Shown here in pieces: positions 37,553 to 46,545 of a DNA stretch of 64,000 bases. Numbering within the stretch: the first letter of the stretch is position 1; each line of letters begins with the position of its first letter. Origin of the DNA: Crocinitomicaceae bacterium (lineage in GTDB: Bacteria > Bacteroidota > Bacteroidia > Flavobacteriales_D > Crocinitomicaceae). The translations under genes and the position numbers were made by a program. The notes beneath the pieces are model-generated. The model was given only the letters and a program-made list of their open reading frames with translations, ran no database searches and was not told where the DNA came from. Location: positions 29,879-93,878 of the forward strand of contig JAWKMJ010000010.1 of assembly GCA_041392305.1 (NCBI GenBank). Reading direction: 5' to 3'.

Positions 37553-38788
37553 ATGAGGTTTTTCATTATTTTACTTTTTTTCTTACTTGTTGATTTGTAT
37601 GTCTTTTTCAGTTTAAAAAGTATTTACAAAACAAGGCGATCAAGACAGGTTTTTTGGATTGTTTATGGAACAACGTGGTTCTTTTTTGCGACCACATTGA
37701 TACTGACTCTAATGTATTTTGGAACTGTACATTTCAATACCTCTACCTTCTTTTCGGTAATTATGGGAACTACTTTTGTCTTTTGGGTTACGAAGTTTGT
37801 TATTGCCTTATTTCTGATCTTGGAAGATGTAATTCGGTTTATTGAAATGATGATTAAATCAATTAGTCAAAAAAAGATTTCGAAAGAGAACTTTTCTTCC
37901 AGAAGAAAATTTGTTGCGACTATGGCTTATGGTGTTGCTGCAATTCCCTTTTTCTCTCTAATGTACGGAATTCTCTATGGAAAGTATGATTTCAGAATTC
38001 ACAGACAGAAATTGCGCACTACAAGAATTCCAAAAGCTTTTGATGGGTTAAAGATTGTGCAATTGTCCGACATGCATATTGGGAGTTTTGACGATAAAGA
38101 TTCCGTTCAAAATGGTTTTAATATGGTAAACCAATTAGAGCCTGATTTAATCTTATTTACAGGAGATATGGTCAATAACATGGCTAACGAGATAGAAGGA
38201 TATGAGCAAATGCTTTCTGGACTCAAAGCGAGAATTGGGAAATACGCTGTTCTTGGGAATCATGATTACGGTGAATATATCAACTGGAATTCAGAAGAAG
38301 AACGTATTAAAAATATTGAGGATTTAGTTGAAAAAATTGAAAATTGTGGTTTCAAAATGCTTAGAAATGAAAACACGCAAATAAAAATCAATGGTCACGA
38401 ACTTGACATCATAGGAGTAGAAAATTGGGGAAATAAGCCATTTCCACAGCACGGGGATATCGATCTTGCCCTTAAAGGAACTAAAGACTCCACTTTCAAG
38501 ATATTAATGAGCCACGATCCAGATCATTTTGAAGAAATCGTCAAGGATCATCCTTCATTTATTGATCTTACACTTTCCGGTCACACACATGGAAGTCAAA
38601 TGGGAATTGAAATCCCTGGTTTTAGATGGAGTCCAGTTCAATACCGATACAAACGATGGGCCGGAAGATATGAAGAAGATGGACAGGTACTTTACGTCAA
38701 CAGAGGATTTGGCTATCTAGGTTACCCGGGTAGAGTAGGCATCTGGCCTGAAATCACTGAGTTTACTTTGGAATCTGAATTGGCTTAA
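37553..38788 (+). CDS. membrane-anchored metallophosphoesterase
   Basis: 411 aa with N-terminal TM segments. Calcineurin-like motifs VQLSDMHIG, FTGDMV, LGNHDY, LSGHTHG. Confidence 0.85.
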   Translation: MRFFIILLFFLLVDLYVFFSLKSIYKTRRSRQVFWIVYGTTWFFFATTLILTLMYFGTVHFNTSTFFSVIMGTTFVFWVTKFVIALFLILEDVIRFIEMMIKSISQKKISKENFSSRRKFVATMAYGVAAIPFFSLMYGILYGKYDFRIHRQKLRTTRIPKAFDGLKIVQLSDMHIGSFDDKDSVQNGFNMVNQLEPDLILFTGDMVNNMANEIEGYEQMLSGLKARIGKYAVLGNHDYGEYINWNSEEERIKNIEDLVEKIENCGFKMLRNENTQIKINGHELDIIGVENWGNKPFPQHGDIDLALKGTKDSTFKILMSHDPDHFEEIVKDHPSFIDLTLSGHTHGSQMGIEIPGFRWSPVQYRYKRWAGRYEEDGQVLYVNRGFGYLGYPGRVGIWPEITEFTLESELA

Positions 38789-38791
38789 TTC

Positions 38792-39238
38792 TTGCACTCA
38801 ATTATTTGCTTATTCATCCAGTTGAAAATATTACTTGCCATATCAGTCTTATTCGTTTCAGGATATTTACTCTCCCAAAAGGATACTATATCATGTGGTG
38901 GCGAAATCGATTCTCTTTCAGGATTGTGTGTCTATAAAATCGTTGATGAAATGCCTGAATATCCAGGGGGATTTGCAGAAATGATGAGTTATTTTCTAAA
39001 AGTGAATATTTCTACAACAAAAGAATCCATTCATTATTTTGGTAAAATTTATTTGGGATTTATTGTTACAAAAGATGGCTCAATTACTGGAATTAGATTA
39101 ATCAAAGGTGAAAAACACGAATTGAATCGACCTTATCTGGAAGCAGTGTCTAAAATGCCTAAATGGAAGCCAGGAAAACTAAATGGGAAAAACGTAAATA
39201 CATTATTTATATTACCGGTACAAATCCATTTTCAATAA
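38792..39238 (+). CDS. TonB C-terminal-domain protein
   Basis: 148 aa. VDEMPEYPGGFAEMMSYF and GKIYLGFIVTKDGSI. The track start is TTG; an in-frame TTG at 38822 is an alternative. Confidence 0.55.
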   Translation: MHSIICLFIQLKILLAISVLFVSGYLLSQKDTISCGGEIDSLSGLCVYKIVDEMPEYPGGFAEMMSYFLKVNISTTKESIHYFGKIYLGFIVTKDGSITGIRLIKGEKHELNRPYLEAVSKMPKWKPGKLNGKNVNTLFILPVQIHFQ

Positions 39239-39248
39239 CTCCCTTACG

Positions 39249-39277
39249 TTCTTTGCCATTCTTTGCACCCTTTGCGG
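39249..39277. repeat. three CTTTGC-containing decamer-like units between convergent genes
   Basis: TTCTTTGCCA TTCTTTGCAC CCTTTGCGG. CTTTGC occurs at 39251, 39261 and 39270. Confidence 0.7.
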
Positions 39278-39286
39278 TTAAAAAAA

Positions 39287-39862
39287 CTACTCCTTAGCTT
39301 TCCCAAATTGCATTCCGAAAACAGCTCCTACAGCTCCACCCATAATATGAGCAAAATGAGAAATACCATCATTATCAAAGAATTGCCAAATCTCTTTCCC
39401 TACAAACAGCAGAACTATGAGAATAAAGGTCAAAGGGATTTCTCCTGATTTGTAATTGGTCAAACTCACCAAAATGATAAACATGAAAACCACTCCAGAA
39501 GCGCCTAATAGTCCGTGGGAAAAGAAAGCAATATGAAGAATCGCTGTGATCAAAACACAAGATAAGATCATAATCAGTAAATTCTTACTGCCATATTTTT
39601 CTTCTAAAACAGGGCCAAGAAGTAAAATGAAAGTCATGTTTCCAATCAAGTGGTCCGCGCTGCCATGACCCAATCCGTAACCAAACAAACTGATGTACCA
39701 GGTAAATGAAGTAACGTCAAATTCTGGTCTGAGCACAAAAATGGAAGTACCGATATTAAAATTTAGCAGAGCAAAATAGACAATGGCGCTTATGAATGCA
39801 TATCCTAAAACTACCGGACTATTAAAAGTAATTTTCATTTCAGTATTGCTTTTGATTTTCAC
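39287..39862 (-). CDS. rhomboid family intramembrane serine protease
   Basis: 191 aa with 6 TM segments. HLIGNM and GASGVVF (GxSG) motifs. Confidence 0.8.
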   Translation of the reverse strand: MKIKSNTEMKITFNSPVVLGYAFISAIVYFALLNFNIGTSIFVLRPEFDVTSFTWYISLFGYGLGHGSADHLIGNMTFILLLGPVLEEKYGSKNLLIMILSCVLITAILHIAFFSHGLLGASGVVFMFIILVSLTNYKSGEIPLTFILIVLLFVGKEIWQFFDNDGISHFAHIMGGAVGAVFGMQFGKAKE

Positions 39863-39959
39863 TAAAGTATTTATTATTCTTTACAATCGAGGGAGGATTT
39901 TCAAACAAATATTCCTTAAATTGAACTTTTTGAAAAAAGGGTTGTACAGTTGTGCAGTT

Positions 39960-41105
39960 ATGAGAACAATTTTAACCATATCAGTGATTTACTTTTCAGT
40001 CTTCGCTCTTGGGCAAGGGAATGAGGGCAACTCCAATAATTCGAATAACTCGAATGGAGTGAACAGTAATATTCTCAACTACAAAGTAGAGGAGAAACTG
40101 AAGAAAGTAGAGAAGGAAGAAGCTCCTGCACCAGAAGTAAATACAGGAGTTTTTGACAGTCAATTGCAATCGGGTAGATACAATTATGAATTCACCCGCA
40201 AGAAGTTTATTCGCCAAAATTTAGGGAAGGGATTTACTTCTGAGCAGCAAAAAACCTTGGATCAGCAGTTGGAAAATCTAAAAGAATCCGCTGAAAATTC
40301 ATTTGAATTTAATTATCTGACTTATGTCAACGGAAATCACGATGTAAGTTTGTTTCCTTTTTTGGAAAAGGCCTACAAATTGAAGCCTTACGATGCTTCT
40401 TTATTTGATGACTTCATTGCTTATTATGAAATCACAGACAATACAACGAAAAAAGCTGAATTTACTAAGAAGTTAATGGCTTCGAATGCAATTGAATCGG
40501 GTGTGTATCGATACAATGAAAATGTTTTACGATCCATAGATAAAAACGGAATCCTCATCACAAATGGTTACGATGATACCTATCCATTGTGGGTGTTGCA
40601 AAATGAAAAAGGAATGCGCAAGGATGTTAAGGTTTTATCATTAGATATACTTCAAAACAAAGAATACAGAAAGAGAATTTTAAAACAATATGGATTGAAG
40701 GATCCTGGAGTTGGACCGGAAAATCAGGATTTCATCATGAAATTACTGCAATTGAATCCAGATAAAAACATCTTTCTAGGATTTACAGTTCCAAAATATG
40801 TGCTTAAGGGGCTTTCAATCAATTTAAAGAACACTGGTTTGGCTTTAAAATATGCTCCAAAAAGATTGAATGAAGACAAACTGAAAATCAATTTTGAAAA
40901 TGAATTGCAGTTGGATTATTTATTGCAGAATCAATCCAGTAGTAAGGTAAAACAAATGAATGCAAACTATTTGGTCATGCTTTCACAATTGTACAAGAAG
41001 TATAAGCAGGATCCGAAGAAACAAGAATATATTAAATCAATAGCACTAAAAATTGGTAGAGATATCAACAAAGAAAAAACGGTAAAAGCGAGCCTTGGTA
41101 TTTAA
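39960..41105 (+). CDS. hypothetical secreted protein, first gene of the ECF sigma operon
   Basis: I prefer ATG 39960 (MRTILTISVIYFSVFALGQ signal). The upstream part of track ORF 39783 overlaps the rhomboid gene. The stop codon TAA abuts the sigma ATG. Confidence 0.6.
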   Translation: MRTILTISVIYFSVFALGQGNEGNSNNSNNSNGVNSNILNYKVEEKLKKVEKEEAPAPEVNTGVFDSQLQSGRYNYEFTRKKFIRQNLGKGFTSEQQKTLDQQLENLKESAENSFEFNYLTYVNGNHDVSLFPFLEKAYKLKPYDASLFDDFIAYYEITDNTTKKAEFTKKLMASNAIESGVYRYNENVLRSIDKNGILITNGYDDTYPLWVLQNEKGMRKDVKVLSLDILQNKEYRKRILKQYGLKDPGVGPENQDFIMKLLQLNPDKNIFLGFTVPKYVLKGLSINLKNTGLALKYAPKRLNEDKLKINFENELQLDYLLQNQSSSKVKQMNANYLVMLSQLYKKYKQDPKKQEYIKSIALKIGRDINKEKTVKASLGI

Positions 41106-41702
41106 ATGAAGCTTTTTCGAAATTATAAAACACTGTCGGACGAAGATTTGATGGACCTTATTCGTGATAAGGATTCCAAAGCATTCTCTGAGCTCTACAA
41201 CCGATATTCGGAAATGATCCTGAATTATTTCTATCGGATGTTGTGGAAGGATAGGGAAAAGGCGGAGGACTTCATGCACGATTTGTTCCAGAAGATTATT
41301 GAGAAAACCGAGTATTACGATCGTAACAAGAGAGCGTTCAAAACCTGGTTTTTCTCAGTGGCCAACAATATGTGTAAAAATGAATATAAAAAGCAGGAGG
41401 TGAGGTCAAACACAAGTTCAGGATTGGATGAATCCTACAATGTTTCTTCGAGTGAGGAAGCTGTAGATAGAATGTTTGACAATAAGGCCTTCAAACAAAA
41501 ATTACTCGCTGAAGTGAATCAATTAGACGAAAAACATAAAGAAGTATTTGTATTGAAGTTCATAGATGATCTATCCAATCAAGAAATAGCAGATGCTCTG
41601 GATATCAATTTAGGGACGGTAAAATCAAGAATATTCAATGCAATTAAGAAGATATCGGTGAATTTAGAAGTATATAGAGACGAATTAATAGGTGGGAAGT
41701 AA
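41106..41702 (+). CDS. ECF-type RNA polymerase sigma factor
   Basis: 198 aa. Region 2 (EDFMHDLFQKI...FKTWFFSVANNMCKNEYKK) and region 4 HTH (LSNQEIADALDINLGTVKSRIFNA). Confidence 0.8.
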   Translation: MKLFRNYKTLSDEDLMDLIRDKDSKAFSELYNRYSEMILNYFYRMLWKDREKAEDFMHDLFQKIIEKTEYYDRNKRAFKTWFFSVANNMCKNEYKKQEVRSNTSSGLDESYNVSSSEEAVDRMFDNKAFKQKLLAEVNQLDEKHKEVFVLKFIDDLSNQEIADALDINLGTVKSRIFNAIKKISVNLEVYRDELIGGK

Positions 41703-42652
41703 TGGAACTATTTGATGAGAACATAGAACAGTTGATACTGGATAAAGAGTATCATCAGCTCACAGAAGGAGAGAAGGAGGGGATAAAGGATTTTATTTCC
41801 AATGAGGAAGAGTATGCTCAGTTTAAAATGACACTGATGATGTCGTCTGATCTTAAAACGGAGCGTATTCAGCCGAAAGAATCTACCAAAGCGTCTTTGA
41901 TGCAGATGATGGAGGGGAGCAGACCAGAAAAGAAGATCTGGTACAATGGAATCGGTGTGTTCTTTTTCCCGGAAGACAAGCCAACTTATGCCAAACCGGG
42001 AATTTATGCTTCCCTGGCAGCTATTTTACTTTTGGTTTTCTTTTTCGTGCCGATGGATTTCGGAACGGTAAATGAAAATAAAGGAAACGTGGCTCAAGCT
42101 GAAGATAATATGGCAAAAGAGTCAGCAGATGAAAGTACGATTGCAACTGAAGAAGAAATGATGGAGAAAGATATTCCATTAACTCCTGCAGAGAGCAACA
42201 AAAATGCTGAAATCGAAGCAAAAGAAGGTTTGTTGGAAGACCTGGATCACAATGACGGTAAGATCTTCGCCAATCAAAATGAGCCTGCAATGTTAGAAGA
42301 AGTTGCGGATGAGTTGGATGGAAATGCAGGCTATTTAAAGCAAGATTTGGAATATGGTGCAGATGACAAAAAGAAAACTGCTGCTGATGACAGAACAATA
42401 ACCCTGGATTATATAGCTGGAGGCTATCCGAACGGTGGAGGAAATTCAGTTGTAGCGGATTCTTTAAACTCTAGAGTAGTCGCTCCTGGAAATAATGAGC
42501 GAAGAAATGAAAAGGGAGTGGCTTTCAAAGAAAATCAAAACAATTTCATTTCTGGAGATTTAAAGAAAGATGGATTTACTTATGAAATCCTGAACGACAA
42601 CGGATTAAACCAAAATACGGATCTGATTGATCTGTTGTATACGGCAGATTAG
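41702..42652 (+). CDS. putative anti-sigma factor (single-pass membrane protein)
   Basis: 316 aa. TAATG overlap with the sigma gene. One TM segment (IYASLAAILLLVFFFVPM) and an acidic extracytoplasmic region. The call rests on context only. Confidence 0.45.
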   Translation: MELFDENIEQLILDKEYHQLTEGEKEGIKDFISNEEEYAQFKMTLMMSSDLKTERIQPKESTKASLMQMMEGSRPEKKIWYNGIGVFFFPEDKPTYAKPGIYASLAAILLLVFFFVPMDFGTVNENKGNVAQAEDNMAKESADESTIATEEEMMEKDIPLTPAESNKNAEIEAKEGLLEDLDHNDGKIFANQNEPAMLEEVADELDGNAGYLKQDLEYGADDKKKTAADDRTITLDYIAGGYPNGGGNSVVADSLNSRVVAPGNNERRNEKGVAFKENQNNFISGDLKKDGFTYEILNDNGLNQNTDLIDLLYTAD

Positions 42653-42657
42653 AAACT

Positions 42658-42688
42658 AAAAAAGCCCCAACAAAATTGAGGCTTTTTT
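42658..42688 (+). terminator. weak intrinsic terminator after the anti-sigma gene
   Basis: AAAAGCC ... GGCTTTT stem with a 13-nt loop, followed by a T-run. Confidence 0.4.
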
Positions 42689-42716
42689 ATATTTCGTAAT
42701 TCAGAAAATAAAATTC

Positions 42717-42765
42717 TAAACTCTTAACTCTTAACTCTTAATTTTTAATTCTTAACTCTTAGTTC
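42717..42765. repeat. heptamer tandem array (TTAACTC-like, 7 units)
   Basis: TAAACTC TTAACTC TTAACTC TTAATTT TTAATTC TTAACTC TTAGTTC. Confidence 0.85.
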
Positions 42766-42766
42766 T

Positions 42767-42839
42767 AAATTATCTCCCTAACGGTCGATGAGCTCGCTGT
42801 CGCTCGGTTCTACACTCGAAAAACGCTACACTCAAATCA
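42767..42839. repeat. second copy of the 46-nt core seen in the 3760-3975 repeat
   Basis: AAATTATCTCCCTAACGGTCGATGAGCTCGCTGTCGCTCGGTTCTA matches the 3833-3878 core at 43 of 46 positions. It is followed by CACTCGAAAAA and CTCAAATCA, as at the first locus. Confidence 0.85.
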
Positions 42840-43649
42840 TTCTCCAAACTTCTCAATCACCCCTTGAGTAACCCCAGTATTTGAGAATCCTCCGTCGTGG
42901 AATAGATTCTGCATGGTGACATATTTTGTGTAATCCGAGAATAAAGAAATACAGTAGTCTGCACAAGCTTCTGCTGGAGCATTTCCAAGCGGACTCATTT
43001 GCTCTGAGAAGTTAATGAATTCATTAAATCCTTTGATTCCTGTTCCCGCTGTAGTAACCGTAGGAGACTGAGAAATCGTGTTAATCCTTACTTTCTTTTT
43101 GATTCCGTAATGGTATCCGAAAGATCTAGCGATAGATTCCAATAAAGACTTCGCATCAGCCATATCATTGTAATCTGGGAAAATTCTTTGTGCTGCAATG
43201 TATGTCAAGGCTACAACAGATCCCCATTCGTTTAATGCATCATGCTTGTAACATGCCGCAATGGTTTTATGGAATGATTCGGCACTCACATCCAATGTTT
43301 GAGCGTAGAATTTATAATTCAATTCAGTATAGTGTTTGCCTTTTCTCACATTTGGAGACATTCCAATAGAATGCAAAACGAAATCAATTTTACCACCAAG
43401 AATTTCCATTGCTTGAGTAACTAGATTGTCTAAATCTTCCTCGCTAGTTGCATCAGCAGGGATGATTTGAGAACCTGTTTTTGCAGCCAGATTATTGATT
43501 TCACCCATTCTCATGGCGATAGGTGCATTGGTTAAAACAAATTCAGCTCCTTCTGCATGCGCTTGCTCAGCTACTTTCCATGCAATAGACTGATCGTTCA
43601 ATGCTCCGAAAATGATTCCTTTTTTTCCTTTTAAAATATTGTTTGACAT
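42837..43649 (-). CDS. fabI: enoyl-ACP reductase (NADH)
   Basis: 270 aa. LKGKKGIIFGALNDQSIAW, and the Tyr/Lys active-site region YIAAQRIFPDYNDMADAKS. Confidence 0.9.
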   Translation of the reverse strand: MSNNILKGKKGIIFGALNDQSIAWKVAEQAHAEGAEFVLTNAPIAMRMGEINNLAAKTGSQIIPADATSEEDLDNLVTQAMEILGGKIDFVLHSIGMSPNVRKGKHYTELNYKFYAQTLDVSAESFHKTIAACYKHDALNEWGSVVALTYIAAQRIFPDYNDMADAKSLLESIARSFGYHYGIKKKVRINTISQSPTVTTAGTGIKGFNEFINFSEQMSPLGNAPAEACADYCISLFSDYTKYVTMQNLFHDGGFSNTGVTQGVIEKFGE

Positions 43650-43704
43650 ATTTTTCTGTTTTAAATCAGCACAAAAATAATTTTTTTCTGCGATGAGGTT
43701 CCCT

Positions 43705-44502
43705 TTAGATCATTTTTGTGACACCAAACACAACCAATCCGGCTCCAATCACCCACAATGCAAAGGCACTCCATTTGAAAATATTGATATTGCTTTGCAA
43801 ATTAGACTTTAGTTCGTCTTCGGTTTTTGTAGAAACAATGAAATGTTGCTTTTTATCTGTAGACTTGGATATTCTCAGTTTTCCGGCCCGATCGTTCGCT
43901 TCTCCTAGTACGTAAAGATGTGAATTCATTGGGATCGCATATTCTTCGTATTTATATCCCAAAACAGTGGTTCCACTGGAAGTTCCGAAAGAGAACCCGC
44001 CAAAATTGAACCAATTTCCGGATGGATTAGATCCTGCCTCGTATTCAGAAAATATTTTCATGGTGTGCAATTCCGCTCCTTCTGGATCTACCAAAACCTC
44101 TCCTGTTTGATCTTTTACGTAAAAATTCGCCTTTCTTTCATTTTCAGATACCTTTTCTGTGGATCTTACATTGTCCCAACGAACATTACCATTTGAATCT
44201 CTTCTCTGTACCTGTTTTTCTATTTCACGAGTCACAATCGACTTATAATACACCACATTTTCCTTAGCGAATTCGGATTGGATAGGGGATTCACAATGAA
44301 CATTTCCTCGAATTTCAATGAAATTACTGAAAGATCCCTTTCCATATTCTTCTTCAAAAAATTGATGATTCTGAATAATTTCAGCTGCGCTTGTATTTTC
44401 GTAATTGTCCATGACATTCATTTTGGCTTTTCTCTTATTCATAATTATCCAAAGCACTAAACCAATAAGAGCAACAACGGCTCCTCCAATCATTATTCCC
44501 AT
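43705..44502 (-). CDS. hypothetical membrane protein with TM segments at both termini (possibly GIDE-like)
   Basis: 265 aa. N-terminal TM GIMIGGAVVALIGLVLWII and C-terminal TM FALWVIGAGLVVFGV. The GIDE-like topology is a recollection and was not checked. Confidence 0.45.
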   Translation of the reverse strand: MGIMIGGAVVALIGLVLWIIMNKRKAKMNVMDNYENTSAAEIIQNHQFFEEEYGKGSFSNFIEIRGNVHCESPIQSEFAKENVVYYKSIVTREIEKQVQRRDSNGNVRWDNVRSTEKVSENERKANFYVKDQTGEVLVDPEGAELHTMKIFSEYEAGSNPSGNWFNFGGFSFGTSSGTTVLGYKYEEYAIPMNSHLYVLGEANDRAGKLRISKSTDKKQHFIVSTKTEDELKSNLQSNINIFKWSAFALWVIGAGLVVFGVTKMI

Positions 44503-44562
44503 AGTCTGTTTTTGATTTGTTTCAGAATAAAAATATAAATTTTTGAAATATAGCTGTCTGAT

Positions 44563-46431
44563 TTATAGAGGAAGAATGAAATTAAATTGTGTTGCACTCC
44601 TTTTCAATTTCCCTTCCTTAATCAAAAAGTCTATTTTCTCCAGAATTAGAGCTTCCGGTATTCCTGATTGTATAATGAGTTCGTGCAGATCAATTCCATC
44701 TCCAATCCATTGTAAAAGTTGACTTTCATTCAGGCTCGGGTGTTTCCTGCAGTAACTGCATTTTCCGCAATTTTCATCCGTTGAATCACCAAAATAATTT
44801 CTCAAATAAGTACTTCGACAATTTTCATTTTTAAGGAAATCCAAAATGGATTCAAGATTCTCAAAAGCTACATTCTTTAGAAATCGATAATTGTTTAAGT
44901 TCAGCTGATCCGATTTCAAGCGATTTTGCAAATAGTAGATTTTCGGAGCATCACTTTTAAGAGAGTAATCAATGATTTCATTCTTGAAGAGAAAATCCAA
45001 TTGTTCTGTAATTCTTTTGTGGCTAGTCTTTAAATGCTTGCTAAAATCTGCCAATTGAAAGGGGATATGTTGGTCAAAAATTCCAGGATAGGATCTTGCT
45101 AAATATCTGAGGAAAGCATCATAATTCGGGTTGGAAATCTGAAATTGATAGACTACTTCTCTAGAGGCAATAATGCGAATTTTAGACTGACTTGAATCTT
45201 TCTCCTCAAACAATAAATATCCGCAGTTTTCTAGAAATTCAAGTGCATTATATGTATCGAAAACATCTAATTCATACTTCTTAGAAAATTTTAGCAAATC
45301 AAACTCATAATCTTGTTCATCTCCTTCGCCTAAAGCGATTTGTAAATGATTGGATGCATGATCATATATTTTTCGGATCAGCTTTTCATCAAGATATTTT
45401 TTTTCAATTCGCTCCTGAAGTGCAGTAATATCTGAGTCTTCAAACAGCAAAACGGCAAGAGATTCCTCTAGATCACGTCCTCCGCGACCAGCCTCTTGAA
45501 AATAATTCTCAATGTTTTCCGGAATATCATAATGAATAACAAGTCGAACATCCGGTTTGTCAATTCCCATTCCAAAAGCATTTGTAGCCACCATGATTCG
45601 GGTTTGATCCATGATCCAGGCATTTTGTTTTTGCTTTCTGCTGATTGTATTGAGTCCGCCATGATAGAAATCCGCAGAATAGCCATTTAATTGCAGGAAC
45701 TTACAAACACGTTTTACTTCTTTTCTTGTATAGCAATAAACAATTGTGCTTCCAGAATATTTTTTGAGCGATTGAAGAAGAATTCCATCTTTATTCTGAA
45801 CTTTTACGGTGTGATAAGCAAGGTTTTTGCGTTCAAAACTGGATTTAAATATTTGAGTGTCTTTAAAACCTAATTTATCAATGATATCTTCAACGATCTT
45901 GGGTTTGGCCGTAGCAGTAACAGCTATTTTTCTGGATTTAGGATGAAGATCCAGAAATTCTTTGATGTTGAGATAGGATGGCCTAAAATCGTAGCCCCAT
46001 TGGGAAATACAATGGGATTCATCAATAGCGATTAAATCGATTTTGAATTGCTGACTTCGAGATCTAAAATCTTTGGAATTTACTCTTTCTGGTGATAGAT
46101 AAAGAAATTTTATACCTCCAAATTCACACTTATCTAAGATGGTTGCAATCTCCAATTGCGTCATTCCGGAATGTATGAATTCAGCTTTAATCTTCTTCTC
46201 TTTTAGGGCCCGTACCTGATCTTCCATTAAAGAAATCAAAGGCGAAATCACAATGCATATTCCATCAAAATAAAGTCCCGGAACTTGAAAACAGATGCTT
46301 TTCCCGCCACCCGTTGGTAAGAGTGCCAAAGTGTCTTTGCCTCGAATTACGGAAGTAATGATTTCCTCTTGATTGGGTCGAAATGCACTATATCCGTAGT
46401 ATTCTTTTAATATTTGATAGATTTCTTGCAA
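44563..46431 (-). CDS. recQ: ATP-dependent DNA helicase RecQ
   Basis: 622 aa with a TTG start. YGYSAFRPNQEEII, LPTGGGKS, DESHCISQWGYDFRP, a zinc-binding Cys cluster and a C-terminal CGKCSYC. Confidence 0.85.
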   Translation of the reverse strand: MQEIYQILKEYYGYSAFRPNQEEIITSVIRGKDTLALLPTGGGKSICFQVPGLYFDGICIVISPLISLMEDQVRALKEKKIKAEFIHSGMTQLEIATILDKCEFGGIKFLYLSPERVNSKDFRSRSQQFKIDLIAIDESHCISQWGYDFRPSYLNIKEFLDLHPKSRKIAVTATAKPKIVEDIIDKLGFKDTQIFKSSFERKNLAYHTVKVQNKDGILLQSLKKYSGSTIVYCYTRKEVKRVCKFLQLNGYSADFYHGGLNTISRKQKQNAWIMDQTRIMVATNAFGMGIDKPDVRLVIHYDIPENIENYFQEAGRGGRDLEESLAVLLFEDSDITALQERIEKKYLDEKLIRKIYDHASNHLQIALGEGDEQDYEFDLLKFSKKYELDVFDTYNALEFLENCGYLLFEEKDSSQSKIRIIASREVVYQFQISNPNYDAFLRYLARSYPGIFDQHIPFQLADFSKHLKTSHKRITEQLDFLFKNEIIDYSLKSDAPKIYYLQNRLKSDQLNLNNYRFLKNVAFENLESILDFLKNENCRSTYLRNYFGDSTDENCGKCSYCRKHPSLNESQLLQWIGDGIDLHELIIQSGIPEALILEKIDFLIKEGKLKRSATQFNFILPL

Positions 46432-46545
46432 GTGGTTCCTTTGATTTGTCAGTAAAATTAATTAGATTTTCTATTCCACGAATCATTCATCTCTTGATTA
46501 TCCGTTAAGAAATGAGTATATTCGCGTGCCTTAAAAACGAAAATT

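Noticed and set aside
42021-42398. 125-aa antisense ORF within the anti-sigma candidate. Other antisense ORFs lie at 4517..4927, 19734..20045, 21573..21884, 22323..22658 and 22963..23361.
   Set aside because: Each lies fully inside or opposite a gene with clear family motifs, and none has its own signals.
44563-46431. RecQ-like helicase plus the adjacent membrane protein as a possible defence module.
   Set aside because: The helicase has the full housekeeping RecQ architecture (helicase core, zinc-binding and C-terminal regions). There is no nuclease, methylase or other defence partner, and the neighbouring genes are fabI and ilvE.
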